Source: Elusimicrobiota bacterium (GTDB taxonomy: Bacteria > Elusimicrobiota > Elusimicrobia > UBA1565 > UBA9628). From it: a DNA stretch of 64,000 nt. Under the pieces are notes generated by a model. The model saw nothing but the letters and a program-made list of their open reading frames with translations, searched no databases and was not told where the DNA came from. Position numbers and translations under genes: made by a program. Positions 1 to 9,627 of this stretch are shown one piece after another (within the stretch, counting starts at the first letter, position 1; each line of letters begins with the position of its first letter). The DNA is taken from positions 299,627 to 363,626 of the forward strand of contig JACRDT010000007.1 of assembly GCA_016212795.1 (NCBI GenBank), written 5' to 3'.

Positions 1-1866
1 GCGGGCCTCGACGCCCAGACCGACAAGCTCCAACAGGCGCGCAAGGAGGCGCTGGCCATCCAGCGCCAGCGCGGGATCGACGCCTCGCTCGCGAGAGCCG
101 AGCTCGCCCTTGCCAAGGACGCCGACGACGGCCCGGGCGTCCTGACGGGCAACATCAGCCTCGCCAAGCTCAGGAGCCTCGAGCGGCAGGGCCGGGTGTT
201 CTACTTCAGCGCCGACCCGGACCGCAGCGGCCGGCGGCCCTTCATCCACCCGGTGAGCGCCCTGGGCAAGAGCCCGGCGAGCCTCATCATCATGGTCCAG
301 GTGTGGGGCCCGAACCTGCCGTCGGACCAGTTCTCCTGCCTCGAGGACCTGAGGTCCTCGGCCTGGAAGGGCGCGTTCGAGAAGGTCGAGTTCGGCCCCC
401 TGGGCGTCCAGGCCCTCATCGCCGAGGCCAAGGAGGCCGAGGCCGCGGCCCGCCGGAGCGGCTGGCTGTCTTTGAAGCTCGAGGGCTACGCCTACGCGAT
501 GGAAGGCAATGACGTCGTCGAGGTGTTCCTCGACGACGAAGCGTACAAGAAGGCGTTGGAAAGGTCCAAGGATCCGAAGGACCCCTCGAACAAATGGACT
601 TTCCACAAGGTCTCCGATTTGAGAGTGGGCCTGGACTCCGACGACAGGGTCGTCGGAGTCCAGGGTCAAGGATTCGATATCAAGCTTGGGGAACGGTCGG
701 CGACGAGGTGGCTTTCCCAGGAGCTTCTCGCCCTCGTCGCCGACCCCTCAGGCAAGGTGGTCAAGACCTACACCGCGAGCGGGGACCTGGAGAAGGACGC
801 CTCCGCCTGGTGGCTGGAGGACGTGACGGGGAAGGTCTACAAGAACACCGAGAAGGAGATCTCCCCCACCCACCGCTTGAAGCGCTACATCGACCCGTCC
901 AACGGCCTCGCCGTCCAGCTGGGCAGGCCCATCCTTGAGCGCCGGCTCGACGAGGCCAAGGACGAGAAGGGCGACGTGGGCCGCTGGTCGTACATGCCGT
1001 GGAACTGGCCCAACATCGTCCTGGAGCTGCCCCGGGGCATCGTCAAGGTCCCTGTCGAGATGATCACGGGCCGCGACCCCAACCAGGAAGGCTACATCGG
1101 CAGGGTGTACATGTACCAGACCGAGGGCGGGGCCACGCGGAGCTACGGCGTGGTCGGTACGGTCCTGCGCATCATCGACATCTTCGAGATCCTGCCCGAC
1201 CCGGTCCAGCGCTACTACGACCCCAGCCAGTTCCCGAACGCCGTGAACAACTCCAGCCCCGTCAGGCCTGGCGAGTGGGAGCACGAGAAATCCCCGGAGA
1301 CGACCGACGGCAAGTGGAAGGTCCGCTTCGGCGAGGGCTACCTCGTCCGCTCCATCCGCTACGCGACCGAGGACCAGGAGGATTCCCGCGGCAGGATCAT
1401 GGCCGCCTTCTCCGGCGGGGTCAGGCGCAACTTCGTCGAGAGCGTCCGCGGCCGCTCGGGCACCTATGCCGAGTCCCGGGTCGACAACCTGCAGGGCATG
1501 ATCCCGGCCGAGGAGGTCCTGCGCAGGGTGGGCGCTAGCACGGACGCAGACGGCCGAGCCCGGGTGGACGCCAGGCCCGAGCACATCGCCGTCGACCGCG
1601 TCATCGCCGAGATCGAAATCCGCCTGGGCGCCTCCCAGCACTTGAAGCGCCAGCAGGTCTACGAGGAGTACCTCAAGACCATCCAGACCAGGATCCAGAA
1701 GCTCTCGGCGTCTTCCGACGCCGCCGGGGCCGCGGCCGAGGTCGAGCGCCTGGAGACCCTGCGCCGCAGCCTCTCGGCCGCCATGAGCACGGCGACGCCC
1801 TGGGAAGGCTACCCCGCCCCGGTCCCGCCGCTGCTCTTCTCAGGCCCGCTCGTCGGCGTCCGGTAG
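1..1866 (+). CDS. hypothetical protein, 5' end outside window
   Basis: Frame 1 is open from nt 1 (AGLDAQTDKLQQARKEALAIQ...) into the listed 196..1866 ORF and ends at TAG 1864-1866, so the gene probably starts upstream of the window. Composition looks coding. No family recognised. Confidence 0.6.
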   Translation, partial: AGLDAQTDKLQQARKEALAIQRQRGIDASLARAELALAKDADDGPGVLTGNISLAKLRSLERQGRVFYFSADPDRSGRRPFIHPVSALGKSPASLIIMVQVWGPNLPSDQFSCLEDLRSSAWKGAFEKVEFGPLGVQALIAEAKEAEAAARRSGWLSLKLEGYAYAMEGNDVVEVFLDDEAYKKALERSKDPKDPSNKWTFHKVSDLRVGLDSDDRVVGVQGQGFDIKLGERSATRWLSQELLALVADPSGKVVKTYTASGDLEKDASAWWLEDVTGKVYKNTEKEISPTHRLKRYIDPSNGLAVQLGRPILERRLDEAKDEKGDVGRWSYMPWNWPNIVLELPRGIVKVPVEMITGRDPNQEGYIGRVYMYQTEGGATRSYGVVGTVLRIIDIFEILPDPVQRYYDPSQFPNAVNNSSPVRPGEWEHEKSPETTDGKWKVRFGEGYLVRSIRYATEDQEDSRGRIMAAFSGGVRRNFVESVRGRSGTYAESRVDNLQGMIPAEEVLRRVGASTDADGRARVDARPEHIAVDRVIAEIEIRLGASQHLKRQQVYEEYLKTIQTRIQKLSASSDAAGAAAEVERLETLRRSLSAAMSTATPWEGYPAPVPPLLFSGPLVGVR

Positions 1867-1868
1867 GA

Positions 1869-4055
1869 TTACAGGTCGCCGGAGAGGACCGGGGTCTGGT
1901 CGCGGTTCTGCCGGCGCGCCGCGTCCTGCACCCTGGGCTTGAGGTACTGGTAGAGCCTGCCGGCGCGGGGCTTGGCCTCCCCTCCCCTGGCCTCCTCGTC
2001 GAGCCCTTTGAGGAAGTAGTAGGTGAAGATGCCGTGCCCCTCCGAGTCGAGCGTGCCCGTGATCTCCTCTCCCGACGCGGCCGCGAAGGCGACCAGCTTC
2101 CCCTTCGGGGCGAGCGCTCCCCCCACCTTCGCGACGAGCGGCCTGGCTCCCTTGGCGAGCACGGAGCGCCCTCCGCCGCCGGAGAAGCATGAGTCGAGCG
2201 CCGCCCAGACCCGCGCGGCCGGCAGGGAGGCGAGCGAGGCGAAGAGCTTGTTGACCGGGTAGGCCGTGGACTTCAGGAACCCCGGGTCCCCGTCCCACGG
2301 GATGAGGTAGGCCTCGCCCGTCTTGGGGTCCGGAGCCCCGTGCCCGGAGAAGTAGAAGAAGACCTCGCCGCCCTCGGGGACGTTCCGCGGGAGCCATTCC
2401 TCGACGAATTTTCGGAGGCCCGAGGCCGTCGCGTGCGGGCCCTTCAGGAGCACGATGTTCCTTTCCGGGAAGCCCAAGGCCAGGAGGTGCTCGCGCACGG
2501 CCTCGGCGTCCCTCTCCGCGAACTCGGCCTCGGGCAGGTCTTTGTACCTCTCCACGCCGACCACGAGCGCGAAGCCCTTGGGGTCCTCCTCGCGCCGATA
2601 CCCGGGCCGGTCCACGTCCGAGGAGAGCTTCTTCTCCGGGACGGACGGCGCGGGCGCTGCGGCCGGCGCGGGGGCCGCGGGCTGCCCCGCGGTCTTCAAG
2701 GAAGAGGCCGCCTTCTGGGCGTCGGCCACCTGCTCCTTGGTCATGAGGGCCTTGAGCCGCTCCATGCCCTGGCGTCCGCCGGCGTTGTCCTGGGCGGCCG
2801 AGAGCAGGTACCACTTGTAGGCCTCGACGTAGTCCTGCACGGCGCCCCAGCCGTTCTCGTAGAGGACGCCCAGCTCGGCCTGGGCCCAGGGGTTGCCCTG
2901 TTCCGCCGACTTGCGATACCACTTGGCCGCCTCGGCGTAGTCCTGCTTGACCCCCCAGCCGTGCTGGTGGCACAGCCCCATCCCTCGTTCGCCCCACTGG
3001 TTGCCCTGGTCCGCGGACTTGCGGTACCACTTGAACGTCGCCGTTGAGTCCTGCTTGACCCCCCACCCGTTCTGGTACATCCAGGCCAGCGCCTGCTGGC
3101 CGTTCCCATTGCCCTGGTCAGCGGAGCGGCTGAGCCACTTGGCCGCCTCGTCGTAGTCCTGCTTGACGCCCAACCCGTTCGAGTAGAGGTGGCCCAAGCT
3201 CGCCTGGGCATCGGCGTTGCCTTGGTCGGCGGACTTGCGCCACCACTTGGCGGCCTCGGCAAGGTCCTGCTTGACTCCCGCGCCGTTGTAGTAGAGGCCG
3301 CCGAGCTGGTTGAGCGAGAAGACATTCCCCTGCTCCGCCGACTTCCTGTACCACTTGACCGCTTCGTCGGCGTCTTTCCGAACGCCCAGGCCCGCTTCAT
3401 GGAGCCAGCCGAGCCCTCCCTGGCCGTGCTGGTTGCCTTGTTCGGCAGAGAGGCGGTACCATTTGGCAGCCTCGACATAGTCCGGCCTTACTCCCTGGCC
3501 GAGTTGGTAGAGGTAGCCGAGCCCGTGCTGGCCGCCGGCGTTGCCCTGGTCGGCGGCCTTGCGGAACCATTTGAGCGCCAGGGCGAAATCCTGCTTCACC
3601 CCCCACCCTGCCTGGTAGGCCCACCCGGCCCCGTTCTGGCCCCAGTCATGACCCCCCTCCGCGGACTTCAGGTACCATCTTCCGGCCTCGGCCAAGTCCT
3701 GCTTGACCCCCCAGCCGTTCTGGTAGAGCCAGCCGAGCCCGTTCATGGCGCCCGCGTTGCCCTGCGCGGCGGACTTCCGGAACAACTTCTCCGCTTGAGC
3801 GTAGTCCTTCCCGACCTCTTGGCCGTTGAGGTAGAGCGTGGCCAAGGTGCCTTGGGCGGCCGCGTCGCCCGCCTCGGCCGCGGGCCGCGCCAAGGAGAGG
3901 GCTTTCTTGTGGTCGCCCTTCAGGTAAGCCTGCCAGGCGTCGTCTCCCTGGCCCGCCCAAGAGGGGCAAGACGACAGCAAGGCCAAGGCGACCGTGGGGA
4001 GCAGCGTTGCCATGGACATGCCATGATGGTAGAACAATCCGCAGGGCCGCCGCAA
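1869..4055 (-). CDS. Sel1-repeat protein with C-terminal caspase-like (peptidase C14) domain, secreted or lipoprotein
   Basis: The C-terminal ~250 aa carry FYFSGHGAP (His) and ALDSCFSGGGG (Cys), a caspase-type His-Cys dyad. Upstream are ~12 Sel1-like 36-aa repeats (A.KWYRKSA.QGN..AQ..LG.LY..G.GV.QD). The N-terminus is signal-like with LLSSC (lipobox-like). The listed start is TTG at 4055; ATG alternatives are at 4019 and 4013. Only 6 nt downstream of the kinase gene stop. Confidence 0.85.
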   Translation of the reverse strand: MRRPCGLFYHHGMSMATLLPTVALALLSSCPSWAGQGDDAWQAYLKGDHKKALSLARPAAEAGDAAAQGTLATLYLNGQEVGKDYAQAEKLFRKSAAQGNAGAMNGLGWLYQNGWGVKQDLAEAGRWYLKSAEGGHDWGQNGAGWAYQAGWGVKQDFALALKWFRKAADQGNAGGQHGLGYLYQLGQGVRPDYVEAAKWYRLSAEQGNQHGQGGLGWLHEAGLGVRKDADEAVKWYRKSAEQGNVFSLNQLGGLYYNGAGVKQDLAEAAKWWRKSADQGNADAQASLGHLYSNGLGVKQDYDEAAKWLSRSADQGNGNGQQALAWMYQNGWGVKQDSTATFKWYRKSADQGNQWGERGMGLCHQHGWGVKQDYAEAAKWYRKSAEQGNPWAQAELGVLYENGWGAVQDYVEAYKWYLLSAAQDNAGGRQGMERLKALMTKEQVADAQKAASSLKTAGQPAAPAPAAAPAPSVPEKKLSSDVDRPGYRREEDPKGFALVVGVERYKDLPEAEFAERDAEAVREHLLALGFPERNIVLLKGPHATASGLRKFVEEWLPRNVPEGGEVFFYFSGHGAPDPKTGEAYLIPWDGDPGFLKSTAYPVNKLFASLASLPAARVWAALDSCFSGGGGRSVLAKGARPLVAKVGGALAPKGKLVAFAAASGEEITGTLDSEGHGIFTYYFLKGLDEEARGGEAKPRAGRLYQYLKPRVQDAARRQNRDQTPVLSGDL

Positions 4056-4061
4056 CGAGCC

Positions 4062-6554
4062 CTAAGCGGCAGCGTCGAGGAAGGCGGCGAGGAACGAGGC
4101 CGCGTCGGCGAACCTCCGCTCCGGACGAGGATTCAAGGCGCGGGCGAAGAACCCGTCGAGTCCGGGAGGGAGCGAGGGGACCTTGCTCGACACGGGGGCG
4201 AACTCGCCCCTGAGCTTGCTCCCGCGGACGTCCGACATCGCGAACGGGAACGCTCCGACCGTGATCTCGTAGGCCGTGAGCCCCAGGCTGCAGAGGTCGG
4301 ACCCGCGCGTGGCGGCCCCGAAGTCCTGCTCAGGCGCCATGTACTGAGGCGTGCCCGCGACGGAGGTCAGGGTGGGGTTCGAGAGGTCCTTCGACTGCCG
4401 CGCGATCCCGAAGTCCATGACCCGCACCGAGCCGTCGTCCGCCAGCATGATGTTCGACGGCTTGAGGTCCCGGTGCACGATCCCCTTGCCGTGCGCCCAA
4501 CCCACGGCCTCGCACGCGGCCTTGAGGATGCGGGAAGCCTCGGGAAGAGGGAACCCGCCCCTGGCCGCCAATATCTCGGCCAGGTTCTTTCCCTCCACGT
4601 AGTCGAACACGAGATAGAGCTCCCCTTCGTCGATGACCGCGTGGATCTCCACGATGTTGGGATGCCTGAGCTTGGCCACCAGCCGCGCCTCGCGAAGGAA
4701 GAGCTCCCGCTCCCCGGGCCTGCCGCAGAGCTCGCTGCGCAGCTGCTTGACCGCGACCTTGCGCTCCAAGGCCTGGTCGAAGGCCTCGTACACCACGCCC
4801 ATGCCGCCCCGGCCCACCTCGCGCGCCACCCGGTAGTTGGAGCCCAAGACCGTCCCGGGAGGCACCGTGCCTTGGGAGGCCAGGCCCGGCAAGGCCGCGG
4901 TCCGGGGAGTGGAGGGCTCCGGGGATGGATCAGCGTCCGCCCCGGCCGGAGAACGCCTGCGCGTGAGCTCCCGCGCAGCTGTCAGGCCGAACAGGATGAG
5001 CGCGGTCGAGGCACCCGCGACCCCAAGACGCATGGCCCAGCGCTTGAGCCCGGGTGCGTCGGAACCAGCGGCCAGGCCGGACGTGGACGAGCCTGACTCC
5101 CCGAGCCTCTTCCTCGCGGACGCGTAGAGAGGCTCGAAGGAAGCGTCGAGCTGAGCCGCTGCCCGATAGTCCTCGAGCGCTTCAGGCATGCGGCCGAGCC
5201 GCTCGGCAGCCTGCGCGCGATAGAGCCTGGCAAGGGCGTTGCTCGGAGCTAGACGCACGGCGGCATCAGCCGCTTCCAAGGCGCCTTGGTAGTCGCCCAT
5301 TTGCTGGAGCGCGTGGGACTTCTCGAGCAGGGCATCCACCGAATCCGGGGAGATGGCCAGGGCCGCTTCCGCGTCCGCAAGAGCCGCCTTGTGGTTCTTG
5401 AACTTGTTGCTGATCTGGGCGCGAAGAGCCAGGGCACGGGCATCCTTGGGAGCGGCGGCGATGGCCCGGGAAGAGTTGATGAGCGCGGCCTCGAGGTCCC
5501 CGAGTTCGGCCTTGCGCAGGGCCTGATGCATCATCTTCTCGGCAGGGCTGGAGGTGGGTGCGGCGGTCCCAGCCTCCGTCTTTGCCACGGCGGAGATTGA
5601 GGGATTACGCTCGTCGACCGAACGCCCCGAAGGAGGCTGGCCAGCCGCCCCGAAGCCCACCCGGTTCAAGTCGAACTTGGAACCTGACGCCGGCAGGGCG
5701 GACCTGAGGTGGGCCACGAGAGCCAGAGCGCGAGGCTCGTTCGCGTCGATGGCAAGGGATTTCTTGGCGCTCGCCAGAGCCTCCTCATTGCGTCCCTGGC
5801 CGGCGAGCGCTGTGGCGAGAAAGGCGTGGGACTCGGCGTCGTCAGGCTTCTGCCCTGTCGAGAGCCTCAGCACGCGCTCAGCCTCCTTCGGTTTCTTGGC
5901 GCCCAGGTACATCTCCCCTGCGCTCTTGAGGACCTCCGGACCGTGTTCACCCACGACAGGGGACAGGTTCTCCAGGTCTTGTCCCGCGGCCTGGTACAGG
6001 GACGAGGGGGTTTCCGAAGACTGCTGCTTCTTGTCCGAAGGGGAGGACCCGGTCAATGCGGGAGGCCCCATGTTGACGGAATCGATGTCTTGGCGCATCG
6101 TCTTGATCGAGTCCCGGGCTTCCTGGATAGATCGGGACACCAGCCATTTGGAATTGCCCAGGAGGGAACCCTCGGGCTCCACGATGTGGAAAGGGATTTT
6201 GTCGAACGCGGCCTCGGCCCGCGAAAAATCGTCCACGGCTCCCTCAAATCTCTTCAGAGCCGTCGCCATCCCCTCCAGATTCTTGGCAGTCTTGGCAGCC
6301 TCGAATTCCTCCGACAGCTCTTTCGTCACTTTGAAACAGTCTTTGACGGATTGATGGTACCGGAAGGCGCACTCGACCTGCACTCTCAATCTGCACGCCT
6401 CCTCCGTGACCAGGACGGACTTCTGACAAGCATCGCCCCCGGCCGAGGCAGGGGAAACGAGGAACAGGAGAAGGGCAAGCAGCACGGAGGAGAGTCTACA
6501 ATAACAGCGGATTCGAGAAGAAGGGTTGAGATCCCCGGGCCAGATGTTTCCCAA
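4062..6554 (-). CDS. Ser/Thr protein kinase with inverted topology: signal peptide, 4-Cys helical + TPR ectodomain, one TM, C-terminal kinase
   Basis: Hanks motifs in the last ~270 aa: GRGGMGVVYEA, VAVKQL, HRDLKPSNIM, DFGIA, GTPQYMAPE. One TM (LGVAGASTALILFGLTAA). TPR-like repeats sit N-terminal to it, with a hydrophobic signal-like N-terminus (VLLALLLFLVSPASA). The listed start is TTG 6554 with no SD, so the start is uncertain. Confidence 0.85.
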   Translation of the reverse strand: MGNIWPGDLNPSSRIRCYCRLSSVLLALLLFLVSPASAGGDACQKSVLVTEEACRLRVQVECAFRYHQSVKDCFKVTKELSEEFEAAKTAKNLEGMATALKRFEGAVDDFSRAEAAFDKIPFHIVEPEGSLLGNSKWLVSRSIQEARDSIKTMRQDIDSVNMGPPALTGSSPSDKKQQSSETPSSLYQAAGQDLENLSPVVGEHGPEVLKSAGEMYLGAKKPKEAERVLRLSTGQKPDDAESHAFLATALAGQGRNEEALASAKKSLAIDANEPRALALVAHLRSALPASGSKFDLNRVGFGAAGQPPSGRSVDERNPSISAVAKTEAGTAAPTSSPAEKMMHQALRKAELGDLEAALINSSRAIAAAPKDARALALRAQISNKFKNHKAALADAEAALAISPDSVDALLEKSHALQQMGDYQGALEAADAAVRLAPSNALARLYRAQAAERLGRMPEALEDYRAAAQLDASFEPLYASARKRLGESGSSTSGLAAGSDAPGLKRWAMRLGVAGASTALILFGLTAARELTRRRSPAGADADPSPEPSTPRTAALPGLASQGTVPPGTVLGSNYRVAREVGRGGMGVVYEAFDQALERKVAVKQLRSELCGRPGERELFLREARLVAKLRHPNIVEIHAVIDEGELYLVFDYVEGKNLAEILAARGGFPLPEASRILKAACEAVGWAHGKGIVHRDLKPSNIMLADDGSVRVMDFGIARQSKDLSNPTLTSVAGTPQYMAPEQDFGAATRGSDLCSLGLTAYEITVGAFPFAMSDVRGSKLRGEFAPVSSKVPSLPPGLDGFFARALNPRPERRFADAASFLAAFLDAAA

Positions 6555-6691
6555 GGATCGCGCCGCGGCCCAATAGCAGTTTCATGGCGTACCCTCCGCC
6601 GGGATTCCAGTGGAGATGTAACAGCGCGGTTACCTGGTTTTACCGGGCCGTGCATTTACTGGCCCCCCGATCTCTGTTAACCTTTTCAAGT

Positions 6692-7063
6692 ATGAGGAAC
6701 CCCGTCACGATCGCGGCGGCGTTAGCCGTGGCCCTCCTGCTGGACGGGTGCACGTCGGTGGGCCGCGTCGGTCTCCTGACGCGCGGCTCAGCCGACCCGG
6801 GTGGACTGCTCAAGGGCCAGCGGCACTTCCACGAGGTCGGGCCCGCCGAGGCCCGGTCTTGCCGCTTCCTCGCCCTGGGGCTCATCCCAGCGGGCAACGG
6901 CGACATCCAGGCCGCCGCGGACAAGGCTCTGGCCAAGTCCGGGGGCGACGCGCTCATCAACGTGACGACCGCCAACAGCCTCTACGGGTTCATCCCCGTC
7001 TACAACGTCCTGAGCGTCGGCTGCACCACGGTCAAGGGGACGGCCATCGCCTTCAACGACTAG
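6692..7063 (+). CDS. small lipoprotein, TRL-like
   Basis: Internal ATG at 6692, in frame with the listed ORF, gives MRNPVTIAAALAVALLLDGC (lipobox LLDGC). The C-terminal pattern CRFLALGLIPAGNGDIQAAADKALAKSGGDALINV...CTTVKGTAI resembles the TRL-like lipoprotein family as I remember it. Confidence 0.6.
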   Translation: MRNPVTIAAALAVALLLDGCTSVGRVGLLTRGSADPGGLLKGQRHFHEVGPAEARSCRFLALGLIPAGNGDIQAAADKALAKSGGDALINVTTANSLYGFIPVYNVLSVGCTTVKGTAIAFND

Positions 7064-7090
7064 CAGGCTCCCCGAGCGCGGGGGCTGCCG

Positions 7091-8257
7091 CTACCGGATC
7101 CAGGACACCTGGCCTATGTTGCGCAGGAGGGTGGCGGCCTTGACCCAGGCATGCCCGCACTGGCAGGGCCAATCGCCGTTGCCGTCGCACCCCGTGCCCC
7201 AGGAGTTCCTGATCAAGTACTCCTTGACGCCCGCTTTCTGCCTGCTTCCCACGATCAGCGCCGCGTGGTAGCCGCATTCCTTCTTGAACACCTCGCCCCC
7301 CACCGTGCCGGGGTCGCCGAACTTCTCCATGGTGTCCGCCTTGGCGGCGGCGCCCTGCGAGAGGATGGTCGAGCAGAAGTCGATGCCCGTCGGGACGCCG
7401 CCCTTGAGGTTCTCGTCCACCGTCCTCTCGAAGGTCCCGGCTTGCTGGCTCCAATGAGGGACGCACTTGGCGGCGTCGGGCGCGCACTGCAGGTCCTTGC
7501 CCGCCTGGAGGAACGGCTGGGCCGAGACCGAGATGGCCTCTTTGACGGACGTGCCCGCGGTCCAGAAGTCCCACTCCTTCTTCTGCAGGCTCCACAGGCA
7601 CACGCCGGTCAGGTCGTCGAGCTCGCCCGGCGAGCCCGTCTCGTAGGTCGTCTCCAGGAACTTCCGGCAGACCTTCTCCATCGCCGCGGCCCTCCTGGCC
7701 TGAGGCAGCGAGGCGTCCGTCTTGAGCTTGCGGTTGAGGGTGAGGATCTTCTCGATGGCCTGGTGGAGCTGGCGGTCGCCGTGCAGCCCCTTGAGCTTGA
7801 TGCCGTCGCCGTGGATCCCCACGCCGACGGGCTTGTGGCCGTCGAGGCCGAACCCGACCCCGTCGTTCAGGAAGGCCTTCATGAGCGCGAGCTTGACCGT
7901 CTCCTTGTCGCCGCGGCACCGAGGCGTGATCTTCTTCCAGAGGCCGAGCAGGTCGTCGGTCTCGTGCCCCTCGTCGAACCCCTTGGCGAGCTGGATGCCG
8001 AAGTAGATCGGCGAGGTGAACTTATCCCCGGCCGAGCCCTCCCGCAGCAGGCAGGCGTCGATCATCTGCGAGGTCATGTAGGACCAGCACCATTCGTGCT
8101 CGCCCTGGTCGTAGACCGGGATGGACTGCAGCTTGTGGCCCGGCTTGAGCTTGTAGATGGAGCCGTCGAAGAACTTCCCCCCGTAGCCGCAGGCCGAGGC
8201 CCCGGCCCGCGACGACAGGCAAGACACGGTCAGGACGAGCAGCAGGACGTTTCTCAT
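7091..8257 (-). CDS. secreted papain-like cysteine peptidase
   Basis: Trimmed from the 805-aa run-on ORF to ATG 8257 (MRNVLLLVLTVSCLSSRAGASA signal peptide; GGAGG 8 nt upstream). Catalytic-looking motifs are QGEHEWCWSYM (Gln...Cys-Trp), GYHAALIVG (His) and IRNSWG (Asn-Ser-Trp). Confidence 0.7.
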   Translation of the reverse strand: MRNVLLLVLTVSCLSSRAGASACGYGGKFFDGSIYKLKPGHKLQSIPVYDQGEHEWCWSYMTSQMIDACLLREGSAGDKFTSPIYFGIQLAKGFDEGHETDDLLGLWKKITPRCRGDKETVKLALMKAFLNDGVGFGLDGHKPVGVGIHGDGIKLKGLHGDRQLHQAIEKILTLNRKLKTDASLPQARRAAAMEKVCRKFLETTYETGSPGELDDLTGVCLWSLQKKEWDFWTAGTSVKEAISVSAQPFLQAGKDLQCAPDAAKCVPHWSQQAGTFERTVDENLKGGVPTGIDFCSTILSQGAAAKADTMEKFGDPGTVGGEVFKKECGYHAALIVGSRQKAGVKEYLIRNSWGTGCDGNGDWPCQCGHAWVKAATLLRNIGQVSWIR

Positions 8258-8304
8258 TGGCGATCCTCCCAAGAAGGGGATAGTAGCATGATTGGAGCTC
8301 CCGG

Positions 8305-9627
8305 TCATCGCGCCGGAGGCGTGTCGATGGCGGGCGCGGCGGTCGGCGGGGGCGTCCCCTCCTGGGCCGAGAGAAGGCGGCGCAGCTCGGGACGGAGGGC
8401 GGGCAGGCGCAGGGCGAAGACGGCTCCGCCGGCGAGGCAGACCGCTCCGCCGGCCGCCACCGTCATGGGCGCGCCGACGGCGTGGGCGAGGGCTCCGGCC
8501 AGGAGCGACCCGAACGGCGCCAGGCCCATGAACATCATCGAGAAGAGGGCCATCACCCGCCCGCGGAGTCCGTCGGGCACCATGGACTGGATCAGGGTGT
8601 TCGAGGAGGCCATGTGCACCATGATGGAGCAGCCCACCGGGACGAGCAGCGCGGCCGAGAGCCAGAAGGAGCGCGAGAGGCCAAAGAGGATCAGGGTCGC
8701 GCCGAACCCGGCGGTGGAGGTGGCGGTGAGCCTTCCCAGGCCGCGGGCCCCCGAGCGCGTCAACAGGCTCACGGAGCCGAGGAGCGCCCCGAGCCCGACG
8801 GACGCCATCAGGATGCCGAGGCCCGTGGGGCCCCCGTGGAGGACGCGGTCCGCGAAGATGGGCATGAGTACGGCGTAGGGCATGCCCACCAGGCTCACCA
8901 GCCCCAGCAGGAGCAGGAGCGCGGCCACGGGCGCGGTCCGGCGCACGAAGCGCACGCCTTCCAGCATCTCCTCCAACGGCGAGGCGCCCCGGGCCGGCAG
9001 GGGACGCTCGACGACGTCCATCATCATGAGGCTGGCGATCACGGCGAGGAAGCTCAGGGCGTTGGCGAGGAAGCACCAGCCTTCGCCGACGCTGCCGACG
9101 AGGATCCCGGCGACGGCGGGGCCGATGATGCGGGCGCTGTTGAACATGGTGGAGTTGAGGGCGATGGCGTTGATGAGGTCCTTGCGGCTCACCATGCCGG
9201 TGACGAAAGCCTGCCTGGCCGGGATATCGAACGAGTTGACGACGCCCAGCAGGGCGGCAATGGCGCAGATGTGCCAGACCCGCACGGTGTGGGCCAGGGT
9301 GAGGCCCGCCAGGACGCCCGCCAGCAGCATGGAGGCCGTCTGGGTGAGGACCACGATCCGGTGGCGGCTGTAGCGGTCCGCGGCGGCCCCGCCCACCGGC
9401 CCGAACACGAGCACCGGGAACTGGCCCGCGAACGCCACGGCGCCCAGCAGGAACCCGGACCCGGTCAGGCGGTAGACCAGCCAGGCTTGGGCGGTGGACT
9501 GCATCCACGTGCCCACCAGGGACACGAGCTGCCCGGCGAAGAAGATCCGGAAGTCGCGGTTCTTGAGCGCGCGGAAGGCGTAGACGACCTTCGCGCCCGT
9601 CTCGACGGGGGCGTCCCCGGGGCTCAA
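8305..9627 (-). CDS. MFS transporter (EntS/MFS_3-like)
   Basis: Multiple hydrophobic spans throughout. The N-terminal FRALKNRDFRIFFAGQLVSLVGTWMQ is typical of this MFS subgroup. 4-nt overlap with the upstream ORF. Confidence 0.8.
   Translation of the reverse strand: MSPGDAPVETGAKVVYAFRALKNRDFRIFFAGQLVSLVGTWMQSTAQAWLVYRLTGSGFLLGAVAFAGQFPVLVFGPVGGAAADRYSRHRIVVLTQTASMLLAGVLAGLTLAHTVRVWHICAIAALLGVVNSFDIPARQAFVTGMVSRKDLINAIALNSTMFNSARIIGPAVAGILVGSVGEGWCFLANALSFLAVIASLMMMDVVERPLPARGASPLEEMLEGVRFVRRTAPVAALLLLLGLVSLVGMPYAVLMPIFADRVLHGGPTGLGILMASVGLGALLGSVSLLTRSGARGLGRLTATSTAGFGATLILFGLSRSFWLSAALLVPVGCSIMVHMASSNTLIQSMVPDGLRGRVMALFSMMFMGLAPFGSLLAGALAHAVGAPMTVAAGGAVCLAGGAVFALRLPALRPELRRLLSAQEGTPPPTAAPAIDTPPAR

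Noticed and set aside
8258-9508. Upstream 417 codons of the listed 805-aa ORF 7091..9508
   Set aside because: This part overlaps the MFS transporter gene in another frame and is low-complexity. A signal peptide, an SD and the papain-like domain all begin at ATG 8257.
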